Positions 9,989-19,272 of a DNA stretch of 64,000 nt are shown here, piece after piece. The stretch lies in assembly GCA_036676985.1 (NCBI GenBank), contig JAKFBU010000056.1, positions 160,001 through 224,000 of the forward strand, written 5' to 3'. The notes below the pieces were generated by a model. It saw nothing but the letters and a program-made list of their open reading frames with translations, did no database searches and was not told the origin of the DNA. Every line of letters begins with the position of its first letter. Positions within the stretch are counted from its first letter, which is position 1. The DNA comes from Candidatus Sericytochromatia bacterium (lineage in GTDB: Bacteria; Cyanobacteriota; Sericytochromatia; S15B-MN24; UBA4093). The position numbers and the translations under genes were made by a program.

Positions 9989-12706
9989 TCAGCTCTCCTT
10001 CGAACGGTACCGGCTCAGGGTCGCGCGCATGGCCGCGGGCTCCTGGGCCACCTCCAGGCCCGGGATGCGCGCGGCCTGGCGGTGCAGGGCGATGATCGCG
10101 TCCGCCACCACCGCGAGATGCTCCTTCCCGTACACCCTACGCGGAACGGTGAGGCGAAGCAACTCGACGCCGCGCCGATGGCCGTCGCGGATGAAGGGGC
10201 TCTTGACCATCATGCCGCGTACGCCGGCCTCCAGGTAGAGCGCAGCCGCCAGCGCGTGGCCCGGATGCCCGTCTCGGCCCACATGGGGCAAGAAGGCTTC
10301 CGCATCGAGGAACACGCCATGCCCCCCGATCGGCCGCACGACCGGGATCCCCGCCTTAGTGAGGCGTGCTCCCAGCGCCTGGACCTGCTCGATGCGGTGC
10401 GCGACGTAGGCCTCGTCCAGCATCTCCCGGGCTCCGCACGCCATGGCGACCAGATCCCGGTGCGCGAGGCCGCCCGAGAGGGGGTAGCCCTCGATGCGCT
10501 CGGCGACGCTCCAGGCCTTCCGGAAGACCTCGGCCTCCCGGGTCGCGAGGAAGCCGCCGATGTTGACCAGCAGGTCCTTTTTGCCGCTGATGGTGACGCC
10601 ATGCGCGCAGGCGCACTGCGCTTGGAGGAGCTCGGCGATGGACCGGGACGCGAACCCGGGCTCCTGGGCCCGGATGAACCAGGCGTTCTCGACCGCCCGG
10701 GTGGCGTCCAGGTAGACCGGCAGGCCGTGGCGGTCGGCGATCGCCCGGACGTCTCGCAGGTTCTGCAGCCGCACCGGCTGCCCGCCCGAGGCGTTGACCG
10801 TCACGGCGACGTTCAGGTAGGCGATCCGGTCGGCGCCGTGCTCCGCGATGGCTCGCTCGAGGCGCGCGAGGTCCACGTCGCCCTTGAAGGGGGTGGAGTC
10901 CTCCGGATGCAGGGCGGCCTCGACCGTCACGTCCACGAAGCTGCCGCCGCAGCGCTGGATGTGGCCCAGGGTCGTGATGAAGGATTGGTTGCCGACGACG
11001 ATCGGGCGCTCCCGCGTGACGAGGGCCTCGGACAAGAGGGCCTCGGCGCCGCGGCCTTGGTGGGCCGGCAAGACGAACGGGTAGCCGTAGGCCTCGGTGA
11101 CGGCCGCCTGGAAGTGATCGTAGGCATCCGAGCCCCGGTAGGCCTCATCGGCCCGCCACATCTCCGCCCAGGCCTCGTCGCTCATGGCATTGGTGCCGCT
11201 GTCGGTGAAGAGGTCGATGGCCACGGCGTCCGCGCTGATGAGGTACATGTTGAAGCCCGCCGCCGAGAGGGCCGCCATGCGCTGCTCGCGCGTGGCCACC
11301 GGGTCCTCCTCGACGACCTTGGCGCGGTGGGGCACGAGGACGGGCGCCTGCGTCTCCTCGAGGGGCGAGAGTTCGGGCCATCGGGGAGCCGCGAAGAGCG
11401 GGCTGCCCGGCGGGTCGGAGGCGGGCCCGGCCGCCTGGAGCCCGACCAGGCGATCGCGCTGGTCCCAGAGGTGCACGACGGCCTCGGCCGCCCAGTCGAC
11501 CTGACTCACCTCGTAAGCCCGGGCGGGCCAGGCGAGTCGGACGAGCTGCCGGTCGTGCCCGGCCTTTTCGCTCACCCGCATCACCGCAGCTCGCACGCCC
11601 GCAAGGGCGTAGAGGGTGGCAGTGACGGTCGCCCCGCGGTTCGGGCCCAGGTCCGGGAACCGCTCGAGGTCCAGGTAGACGGCATGTCCGCCCGTCGGCT
11701 CGACGAGCGGAACGCCGGCCTCGCGCAGGCGGTTCGCGAGGCGCTGGAGGTGGGCCGCGCGCGCCTGGAGCGGCGGCTCGCTGAACGCCTCGTGCAGGCC
11801 GACGCTCAGGGCTTCCATGTCGCGCCCCGCCATCCCGCCGTAGAAGGGCATCCCCTCGAAGATGACGCACCAGTTGCGCAAGCGCTCGAAGGCGGCGTGG
11901 TCATGGGTGGCGATGAGCCCCCCGATGTTCGCGAGCCCCAGCTTCTTGCCGCTCAGGTAGAGATAGTCGGCCCAGCTCGCCATCTCCCGGGCGATGGCCC
12001 GGATGTCGTTGCCCTCGCACCCGGGATCGAAGCGGTGGACGAAGTAGGCATCCTCGTGCAGGCGACTGGCGTCCAGCACCACGGGGATGCTGCGCTCGCG
12101 CGCCCATTCGCTGACGGCGCGCAGGTTCGTGAGACTGATGGGCTGTCCGCCGATGGGCTCGCAGGTGGCCGAGATCCACACGACGGCCGGCCGTAGCGTG
12201 CCGCCCTCGAGCATGGCCTCGTCCATGCGGTTCAGGTCGAGGTTTCCCTTGAAGGGGGCAGAGGTCCTGAAGCACCACGCCTCGGGATGCCCGACCTCCA
12301 CGAGGGTGGCCCCGGAGTGGGCGATGAGGCGTCGGGTGGTAGCCGAGAGGGCGTTGCAGAGGACCACGCGGCTCGGATCCAGCAGGTGGTGCGTTAGCAG
12401 GTTCTCGGCCCCGCGTCCCTGGTGGGCCGGGATGACGAAGGGCATCCCGAAGCACTCCATGACGGCGCGCTCGAGGGCCTGGAAGCTGCGGGATCCCGCG
12501 TAGGCCTCGTCGCCGCGCATCATGGCGGCCCACTGGCGATCGCTCATGGCAGCCTGTCCCGAGTCCGTGAGGAGGTCGAGGTAAACGGCCTCGGCCGGCA
12601 ATCGTGCGACGTTGAACCCCGCCTGCCGCAGTCGCTCCAGCCGCTCGTCGGGCGGCGGCAGGTGGAGGGTGCGGACGATCTTGTTGCGATACGGGGGGTA
12701 GGGCAT
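9989..12706 (-). CDS. Double-length tryptophanase/tyrosine phenol-lyase family protein (two fused PLP beta-eliminating lyase domains)
   Basis: Two copies each of DLxTDSG, DEAY, HQGRGAE, GGQP, SGKK and GGH motifs in one 905-aa frame; GAGGAGG RBS before ATG 12706. Confidence 0.85.
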   Translation of the reverse strand: MPYPPYRNKIVRTLHLPPPDERLERLRQAGFNVARLPAEAVYLDLLTDSGQAAMSDRQWAAMMRGDEAYAGSRSFQALERAVMECFGMPFVIPAHQGRGAENLLTHHLLDPSRVVLCNALSATTRRLIAHSGATLVEVGHPEAWCFRTSAPFKGNLDLNRMDEAMLEGGTLRPAVVWISATCEPIGGQPISLTNLRAVSEWARERSIPVVLDASRLHEDAYFVHRFDPGCEGNDIRAIAREMASWADYLYLSGKKLGLANIGGLIATHDHAAFERLRNWCVIFEGMPFYGGMAGRDMEALSVGLHEAFSEPPLQARAAHLQRLANRLREAGVPLVEPTGGHAVYLDLERFPDLGPNRGATVTATLYALAGVRAAVMRVSEKAGHDRQLVRLAWPARAYEVSQVDWAAEAVVHLWDQRDRLVGLQAAGPASDPPGSPLFAAPRWPELSPLEETQAPVLVPHRAKVVEEDPVATREQRMAALSAAGFNMYLISADAVAIDLFTDSGTNAMSDEAWAEMWRADEAYRGSDAYDHFQAAVTEAYGYPFVLPAHQGRGAEALLSEALVTRERPIVVGNQSFITTLGHIQRCGGSFVDVTVEAALHPEDSTPFKGDVDLARLERAIAEHGADRIAYLNVAVTVNASGGQPVRLQNLRDVRAIADRHGLPVYLDATRAVENAWFIRAQEPGFASRSIAELLQAQCACAHGVTISGKKDLLVNIGGFLATREAEVFRKAWSVAERIEGYPLSGGLAHRDLVAMACGAREMLDEAYVAHRIEQVQALGARLTKAGIPVVRPIGGHGVFLDAEAFLPHVGRDGHPGHALAAALYLEAGVRGMMVKSPFIRDGHRRGVELLRLTVPRRVYGKEHLAVVADAIIALHRQAARIPGLEVAQEPAAMRATLSRYRSKES

Positions 12707-12727
12707 GGCGCGCCTCCTCGGACGGTC

Positions 12728-12761
12728 CATTATACGCTCGCTTGCCGGGCGGCGTATAATG
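12728..12761. promoter_or_regulatory. Symmetric divergent promoter with two back-to-back TATAAT boxes
   Basis: CATTATACGC-N14-GCGTATAATG perfect inverted repeat. Confidence 0.6.
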
Positions 12762-12796
12762 CCGGGACCGACCAGCCCCACGCACCAGGAGAGCCC

Positions 12797-13540
12797 ATGA
12801 AACTATCCGGACACACCGCCCTCGTCACCGGCGCCAGCCACGGGATCGGGCGCGCGATCGCCCTCGCCTTCGCCGCCGAGGGCGCCGACGTCGCCGTCAA
12901 CTACGGCCAAGACGCCGACGCCGCCCAGGCCGTCGTCGCCGAGATCCGGACCCTCGGCCGCCGGGCGATCGCCGTCCAGGCGGACGTCTCGGACCCCGAC
13001 GCCGTCCGGGACATGGTCCGGACCGTCGAGCAGGAGCTCGGCCCCATCGACCGGCTCGTCAACAACGCGGGCATCGTCCTGCGCGCCAAGCTCTTCGACA
13101 TCTCGCCCGACATGTGGGACCGCGTCATGGAAGTGAACGCCAAGGGCGTCTTCCTGGTCTCCCAGGAGGTCGCCCGAGGCATGATGGCCCGCGCCGGGGG
13201 CGTCATCGTCAACATCGCGTCCATGCGCGGCGTCGAGGGCTCCGAGAGCTCCATGCACTACGCGGCGTCCAAGGCCGCCGTCATCTCGCTCACCAAGTGC
13301 TTCGCCAAAGAGCTCGCCCCCAAGGTGCGCGTCAACGCCATCGCCCCGGGCTACGTCTCCACCCGCATCCAGGAGGAGCTCACGCCCGAGAAGCGGCACG
13401 CCATCGAGGAGGCGACCCCCCTGAAGCGGTTCGGCCGCCCGGAGGACATCGCCCGGACGGCCGTTTACTTCGCTTGTGAGGATTCGGCCTACGTCACCGG
13501 GCAGACGCTGCTCGTGGACGGCGGCCGGGTGATGATCTAG
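12797..13540 (+). CDS. SDR-family oxidoreductase (FabG-like)
   Basis: TGASHGIG, NNAG, YAASK. Confidence 0.92.
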   Translation: MKLSGHTALVTGASHGIGRAIALAFAAEGADVAVNYGQDADAAQAVVAEIRTLGRRAIAVQADVSDPDAVRDMVRTVEQELGPIDRLVNNAGIVLRAKLFDISPDMWDRVMEVNAKGVFLVSQEVARGMMARAGGVIVNIASMRGVEGSESSMHYAASKAAVISLTKCFAKELAPKVRVNAIAPGYVSTRIQEELTPEKRHAIEEATPLKRFGRPEDIARTAVYFACEDSAYVTGQTLLVDGGRVMI

Positions 13541-14709
13541 CCCAGGTAGTCGTAGATCGCCTGGATGACCACCTTGGCGCCGACGGGCAGGCCGCGCTCG
13601 TCGATGTCGAAGGACGGGTGGTGGTGCGGGTTGTCCAGCCCCTGATCCGGGTTGGCCGTGCCGATGAAGAAGTAGCAGCCGGGCACTTCCTGAAGGAAGT
13701 AGGCCATGTCCTCGCCGCCCATGCTGGGCTCGCACTCGACGACGTGGTCCTCGCCGACCACCTTGGCGGCCGCCTGGCGCACGACCTCGGTCATGCCGGG
13801 ATCGTTGACCGTCGCCGGGTAGGTACGGTGGTAGTCGAGGCGGTAGGTGGCGCCCATGGCCTGGGTGATGCCCGCGATCACGTCCTCGATGCGCTTGGGC
13901 AGCATGTCACCGACGACGGCCGAGAACGAGCGCACCGTCCCCGAGAGCTCGACGGTCTGGGCGATGATGTTGTGGCGATCGCCGCCCCGGATCTTGCCGA
14001 GCGTCACCACCGCCGAGTCGAGCGGCGAGACGTTGCGCGACACGATGGTCTGCAGGGCCGTGATCACCTGGCCGGTCACGGCGATCGCGTCCACCGACAG
14101 GTGCGGCATGGCCCCGTGACCGCCCTTGCCCTCGATGTAGAGGTCGAACTGGTCCGTGTTCGCCATGATGGGCCCCGGGCGCACGCCTATCTTACCGACG
14201 GGCAGGTTGTTCCACACGTGGAAGCCGATGGCCGCGTCGACCTTCGGGTTCTCGAGCACCCCGGCCTCGATCATGGGCAGCGCCCCACCCGGGCCCTCTT
14301 CGGCCGGCTGGAAGATGAGCTTGACCGTGCCCGCAAGCTCCGACTGGCGATCGGCGAGCACCCGGGCCACGCCGAGCAGGATGGCCATGTGCGCGTCGTG
14401 GCCGCAGGCATGCATCTTGCCGTCGTGCTGCGAGCGATACGCGTGCGTCGAGAGCTCCTGCACGGGCAGGGCGTCGATGTCCGCGCGGACCAAGAGGGTC
14501 TTGCCGGGCTTCCCACCCCGCAGGTAAGCGACCACGCCGGTGCCGACCATCGTCTCCACCTCCAGGCCGTAGCCCTTCAGGAGCTCGACCAGGCGTCCGG
14601 CCGTGCGCACCTCTTCGAAGCCGAGCTCCGGGTGCATGTGGAAGTCACGTCGGTTGGCCACGATCTCGGGGGCGATCGCATCCACCTCCTGGAAGAGCAG
14701 CGAAGACAT
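13537..14709 (-). CDS. M20D amidohydrolase
   Basis: HPELGFEE, RADIDALP, MHACGHD, QPAEE, GEDM. Confidence 0.92.
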   Translation of the reverse strand: MSSLLFQEVDAIAPEIVANRRDFHMHPELGFEEVRTAGRLVELLKGYGLEVETMVGTGVVAYLRGGKPGKTLLVRADIDALPVQELSTHAYRSQHDGKMHACGHDAHMAILLGVARVLADRQSELAGTVKLIFQPAEEGPGGALPMIEAGVLENPKVDAAIGFHVWNNLPVGKIGVRPGPIMANTDQFDLYIEGKGGHGAMPHLSVDAIAVTGQVITALQTIVSRNVSPLDSAVVTLGKIRGGDRHNIIAQTVELSGTVRSFSAVVGDMLPKRIEDVIAGITQAMGATYRLDYHRTYPATVNDPGMTEVVRQAAAKVVGEDHVVECEPSMGGEDMAYFLQEVPGCYFFIGTANPDQGLDNPHHHPSFDIDERGLPVGAKVVIQAIYDYLG

Positions 14710-14901
14710 TTGGACTACCTCCTGGCAGGTCGAGAGGACGGGGATTTTTCAATCGAAGGATAGCATTTCGGACGCCAGGTTGTATAATTGACCTTAACCT
14801 CCGCTTGGTTCAGGGCTATCCCAGCGACAACGGGGAAATGTCCTCCGGGCGGCGCCATCCTCACATTCATACCAACGACTCAGTAGAAGGGATCAAACCC
14901 G

Positions 14902-15135
14902 ATGGCAGATAAGAACGATAAGTTCCCGGACAACGTCCCCGGCAAGTACTACGTCGACACCACTTGCATCGTCTGCGGCGCCTGCGAGGCCGCAGCCCCC
15001 GACAACTTCAAGCTGTCGGACGACGGCAGCCACGACGTGGTCTACAAGCAGCCCACGAGTGAAGAAGAAGACCAGATGTGCCGCGAGGCCATGGAAGGCT
15101 GCCCCGTCGGCTCGATCGGCGACGACGGCGAGTAA
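14902..15135 (+). CDS. Small ferredoxin
   Basis: CIVCGAC...CP motif, acidic 77 aa; TATAAT upstream near 14783. Confidence 0.88.
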   Translation: MADKNDKFPDNVPGKYYVDTTCIVCGACEAAAPDNFKLSDDGSHDVVYKQPTSEEEDQMCREAMEGCPVGSIGDDGE

Positions 15136-15152
15136 GCCAAGACCACCGCATC

Positions 15153-15188
15153 AAAAGCGCGGCGCCCCCGGTTCCGGGGGCGCCGCGT
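15153..15188. terminator. Terminator between convergent genes
   Basis: CGCGGCGCCCCCGG-TT-CCGGGGGCGCCGCG stem with an A-run. Confidence 0.75.
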
Positions 15189-15191
15189 CGC

Positions 15192-15497
15192 TTATTCCAT
15201 GCTGTGGACGAGCTTGCCCAGCTCGTGCTGGTCGACGCCGAAGCGCCTGGCCGCTTCTGCCTTCACGTCCCCGAGCGTCAGGTCGAGATTCTCGGTGATT
15301 AGCAGGAAGGGCTTTCGGGCCAGCGCCGGATCGTCCCCGTGCCGATCCAGGATGCGCGTGTTGGCGTCCGTGAAGTGGCCGCCGTTGCGGAAGATGTCCC
15401 CTGTCAGGACGTCCAGGTAGTAGCCGGGCTGGCAGGCGATGTCGGGGAAGCTCTTGAAATCCGCGTCGTTGACCCACAGGACGTTCAGCTTCGCCAT
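15192..15497 (-). CDS. Hypothetical protein
   Basis: ATG with GGAGGAGG RBS; GC3-rich codon usage. Confidence 0.65.
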   Translation of the reverse strand: MAKLNVLWVNDADFKSFPDIACQPGYYLDVLTGDIFRNGGHFTDANTRILDRHGDDPALARKPFLLITENLDLTLGDVKAEAARRFGVDQHELGKLVHSME

Positions 15498-15581
15498 GGT
15501 GCCCTCCTCCCGCCGATGATCGCCAGTCGTGGCCATGCGATCTTAGAGAGGAATAGGCGCTGGTTACAACAAGCTAGCTTC

Positions 15582-15610
15582 AAAAAGGCCCGTCCCCGTG
15601 CGGACGGGCC
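15582..15610 (-). terminator. Intrinsic terminator with no annotated upstream gene
   Basis: AAAAA-GGCCCGTCC-CCGTGC-GGACGGGCC. Confidence 0.65.
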
Positions 15611-15799
15611 CCTGATGAGATCGACCTAGGTAAAGCTGCGGCCGTGCTTGAGGATGAAGAGAAGGCCGAGCGACATATCTTGGCGGCTGTCTTATCGGTC
15701 GATAATGCCTGACATAAACATGGTCATGTCACCGCCGGTCTGTTTGACGGCCTCGGGGACGCTCGCTAAGATACGGGGGCCCCCAACCCTGAGGCCTCG

Positions 15800-16753
15800 A
15801 TGCTACGCGACCTTTCAGTGCTTGCCACCCACGTCCTCGAAAACCCTTTTCTGCGGATCGCCGTGATCCCGCAGGCGGGAGGCAAGATCGCGAGCTGCTT
15901 CGACCTGCAAACCCGACGCGAGTGGCTCTGGACCAACTCCAGGCTTCCCGTCCAGGCGCCGATCTACGGTGCCTCCTACGTCCGGGCCCACGACTCCGGG
16001 GGCTTCGACGAATGCTTCCCGGCTGTCGCCGAAGGACCATACCCGGTGGATCCCTGGCATGGAGTCGGGATACCGGACCACGGGGAGCTTTGGGGCTTGC
16101 CCTGGGAGTGTGAGGTCGAAGGCCGCACCCTGCGAATGGGTGTCGACGGCGTGCGCTTTCCCTATCGGTTCGAGCGGGAGCTCGAGCTCGCCGAAGACGC
16201 CCCCGAGCTCCGCCTCCGCTATCGGGTCCAGAACCGCGCGCCCTTCGCCTTTCCCTTTATCTGGAGCTCGCACCCGCTACTGTCCATCCGACCGGGCATG
16301 CGCCTCTTGATTCCGGACGGCACACCCATGAAGGTCTACGGCGGGTCGGATCCGGCTGTCGGCGATCGCGGCGCCTCCTTCGAATGGCCCATGCTCGCGG
16401 GCCAGGACCTGGGCCTCCTGCCCGGGCCCGAGGCCGGCTATGCCGTCAAGATCTTCGGGGACGCGCCGGCCCGCGGCTGGGTCGGGCTGCACGACCCCGA
16501 GACGGCCACGACGCTCAGGATGGAATACGATCTCGCTGAGATCCCCCAGCTCGGCCTCTGGCTCAACATGGGCGGCTGGACTCCCTTCGAGGGAGAGCCC
16601 GCCTACTACAACCTCGGGCTCGAGCCCTGCATCGGGGCGGGCGACGACCTGGAGCTCGCCATGCGGCAGTTCGGGAGTTACGGCTGCTTGCCCGCGAAGG
16701 GCGAGCTCACCTGGAACCTGACCCTGCGCCTCGTCTCGGAGACCCTGGCATGA
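15800..16753 (+). CDS. Aldose 1-epimerase/galactose mutarotase-like protein
   Basis: GGFDECFP, PDHGELW, WSSHP, LGLEP. Confidence 0.75.
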   Translation: MLRDLSVLATHVLENPFLRIAVIPQAGGKIASCFDLQTRREWLWTNSRLPVQAPIYGASYVRAHDSGGFDECFPAVAEGPYPVDPWHGVGIPDHGELWGLPWECEVEGRTLRMGVDGVRFPYRFERELELAEDAPELRLRYRVQNRAPFAFPFIWSSHPLLSIRPGMRLLIPDGTPMKVYGGSDPAVGDRGASFEWPMLAGQDLGLLPGPEAGYAVKIFGDAPARGWVGLHDPETATTLRMEYDLAEIPQLGLWLNMGGWTPFEGEPAYYNLGLEPCIGAGDDLELAMRQFGSYGCLPAKGELTWNLTLRLVSETLA

Positions 16754-17898
16754 ACACCCTCCACCTCGCGAACGGCCGCCTGCTGGGGCCCGACGGCCTG
16801 CAGGACAATCCCGGCCTCCTGATCGAAGACGGCCGCATCGTCGCCTTCACGAGCGACGCGCCCTCCGGTGCCGAGCACCTGGATGCCGGCGGCCTCATCA
16901 TCTCGCCGGGCTTCATCGACACCCATATCCATGGCGGCCGCGAGGCCGACACCATGGATGGCACGCCGGAGTCCCTGCGCGAGATCTCGCGCCACCTGGC
17001 CGAGCACGGCGTCACCTCATGGCTGCCGACGACCGTGGCCTGTGCCCCCGAGGCCCTGGACCGCATCCTCGCGGCCGTCGAGACGGTCCGCCGCGAGGGT
17101 TCGGGCGGAGCGGCCGTCCTGGGTGCGCACCTGGAGAGCAACTTCCTCGCGCCCAAGTACAAGGGGGCCCAGCCGCCCGAGTACCTTCGCCCCATCGGCG
17201 ACCCCGAGCTCACGGCCGTGCTCGACAAGCACTCCAGGACCATCCGCCTCATGACCCTCGCCCCGGAGCTCGCTGGCGCGCACGGCTTCATCCAACAGCT
17301 GGTCTCCAAGGGCATCACCGTCTCGGTCGGCCACACCGATGCGACTTACGACCAGGTTATCGGAGCAGTGGAGGCCGGTTCCTCACGGGTGACCCACCTC
17401 TGCAACGCCCAGCGCGGCTTCCACCACCGGGAGCCCGGCGTCCTGGGTGCAGGTCTCGCCTGCGATCGCCTCTATACCGAGATCATCGCCGACCTGGAGC
17501 ACGTGCATCCCGCAGGCCTCACGATCGCCTACAAGTGCAAGGGCGCCGAGCGCCTGATGCTCGTCTCCGACGCCGTCCGGGGCTCGGGCCTGGTACCCGG
17601 CCGCTACGAGCTGGGCGGCCATCCCACCGTCATCGACGGCAAGGTGGCTCGCCTGGAGGACGGTACCATCGCGGGCAGCGTGATCACGCTGGAGCGCGCC
17701 GTGCGCAACATGGTCGAGGCGGCGGGCGTGCCGCTCGACGCCGCCCTGCGCATGGCGAGCGAAGCCCCGGCCCGCTCGCTCGGCCTCGACCAAAAGGGCA
17801 GGATCGCTCCTGGCCTCGATTCCGACCTGGTCTTGCTAACCGATACGCTCGACGTGCGGGCCACCGTGGTCATGGGCCAGGTGGTTCATCGCGCCTGA
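16750..17898 (+). CDS. nagA: N-acetylhexosamine-6-phosphate deacetylase
   Basis: PGFIDTHIHG, HLES, TLAPE, GHTDA, THLCNA, IAGS. Confidence 0.88.
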   Translation: MNTLHLANGRLLGPDGLQDNPGLLIEDGRIVAFTSDAPSGAEHLDAGGLIISPGFIDTHIHGGREADTMDGTPESLREISRHLAEHGVTSWLPTTVACAPEALDRILAAVETVRREGSGGAAVLGAHLESNFLAPKYKGAQPPEYLRPIGDPELTAVLDKHSRTIRLMTLAPELAGAHGFIQQLVSKGITVSVGHTDATYDQVIGAVEAGSSRVTHLCNAQRGFHHREPGVLGAGLACDRLYTEIIADLEHVHPAGLTIAYKCKGAERLMLVSDAVRGSGLVPGRYELGGHPTVIDGKVARLEDGTIAGSVITLERAVRNMVEAAGVPLDAALRMASEAPARSLGLDQKGRIAPGLDSDLVLLTDTLDVRATVVMGQVVHRA

Positions 17899-17919
17899 TC
17901 GCATTCCGAGGAGGTCCCC

Positions 17920-19110
17920 GTGGTTCAGATGCTCGACACCCAGCGGTTCCGCGTGCGCGAGGCCTTCCACGGCCGGTTCGGCACGCCCGAGTTCGTCATC
18001 CGCGCGCCCGGCCGCGTGAACCTCATCGGGGAGCACACGGATTACAACGAGGGCTTCGTCTTTCCGGTGGCCATCGATCGAGAGGTCGTCATCGCCGCCC
18101 GCCGACGCGACGACCGCACGGTCGTGCTCTACTCGAACAACTACGAGCAGCAGGACTCGTTCGATCTCGACCACATCGAGAAGGTCTCCGGCGAGGGCGC
18201 TCCCACCTGGAGCAACTACATCCGGGGCGTGGTCTCGGTCTTCCTGGAGGCGGGGCTTGCCATCGGCGGCTTCGAGGCCGCGCTCGAGGGCAACGTGCCA
18301 CAGGGCGCGGGCCTCAGCTCCAGCGCCGCGCTGGAAGTTGCGACCGGCACCCTGCTTACCAATCTCTTCGACCTTGACGTCGACGCCAAGCGCATCGCGC
18401 TCCTCGGCCAGCGCGCCGAGAACCGGTTCGTGGGCGTGCAGTGCGGCATCATGGACCAGTTCATCTCGTCGCTGGGCAAGCGGGACCACGCCCTCATGAT
18501 TGACTGTCGCTCGCTGGATTACCGTGCCGTGCCCCTGCACCTCGGTGAGAAGGGTGCCTCCATCGTCATCCTCGACTCGAAGGTCAAGCGCGGGCTCGTC
18601 GACTCCAAGTTCAACGATCGCCGCCGCGAGTGCCAGGAAGCCGTGAAGCACCTCCAGACCCTGCTCTCCCGTCCAGAACTCGCAAGCCTCCGCGACGTGA
18701 CGCCTGCCGATCTCGAGCACGTGGGCGATCGCCTCCCACAGACCATCTTCTCGCGCGCCCGGCACGTCGTCACCGAGAACGACCGGGTCCTGCAGAGCGT
18801 CAGTGCCCTGGAGGGCGGGGACCTGGAGCGGTTCGGCAGCCTGATGAACCAGTCACACGAGAGCCTCAAGATCGATTACGAGGTCTCCTGCCCGGAGCTC
18901 GATCTCCTGGTGTCGCTCGCACAGGGAATACCGGGCACCTACGGCTCACGCCTGACCGGCGCGGGCTTCGGCGGCAGCACCGTGAACCTGGTGGACAATG
19001 CGGCGCTGGAAGGCTTCGAGGCCACGGTGCTCGCGGCCTACCACGAGCAAACCGGCCTGAATGCCGGCTTCTTCGTGTGCGAGGCCGTGGACGGGGCGGG
19101 GGTTGCTTAA
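17920..19110 (+). CDS. galK: Galactokinase
   Basis: GRVNLIGEHTDYN, GAGLSSSA, CGIMDQ, GAGFGG. Confidence 0.93.
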   Translation: MVQMLDTQRFRVREAFHGRFGTPEFVIRAPGRVNLIGEHTDYNEGFVFPVAIDREVVIAARRRDDRTVVLYSNNYEQQDSFDLDHIEKVSGEGAPTWSNYIRGVVSVFLEAGLAIGGFEAALEGNVPQGAGLSSSAALEVATGTLLTNLFDLDVDAKRIALLGQRAENRFVGVQCGIMDQFISSLGKRDHALMIDCRSLDYRAVPLHLGEKGASIVILDSKVKRGLVDSKFNDRRRECQEAVKHLQTLLSRPELASLRDVTPADLEHVGDRLPQTIFSRARHVVTENDRVLQSVSALEGGDLERFGSLMNQSHESLKIDYEVSCPELDLLVSLAQGIPGTYGSRLTGAGFGGSTVNLVDNAALEGFEATVLAAYHEQTGLNAGFFVCEAVDGAGVA

Positions 19111-19137
19111 GCGGCGGCCCAGAGTTTCAGGAGAGGT

Positions 19138-19258
19138 AACGGATCTACACACCTCCCCCCCCTGCTAGGGGGGCAATGCATGGCTGGGTTTACTGCCGCT
19201 AGTCCGGGATTTACACAGGACGCCCCCCTAGCAGGGGGGGATGGGGGGTAGACCGAGT
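19138..19258. repeat. Paired-palindrome (REPIN/MITE-like) element, copy 1
   Basis: Inverted arms CCCCCCCTGCTAGGGGGG ... CCCCCCTAGCAGGGGGG around a unique spacer. Confidence 0.75.
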
Positions 19259-19272
19259 TGCCCCTCCCGTGC

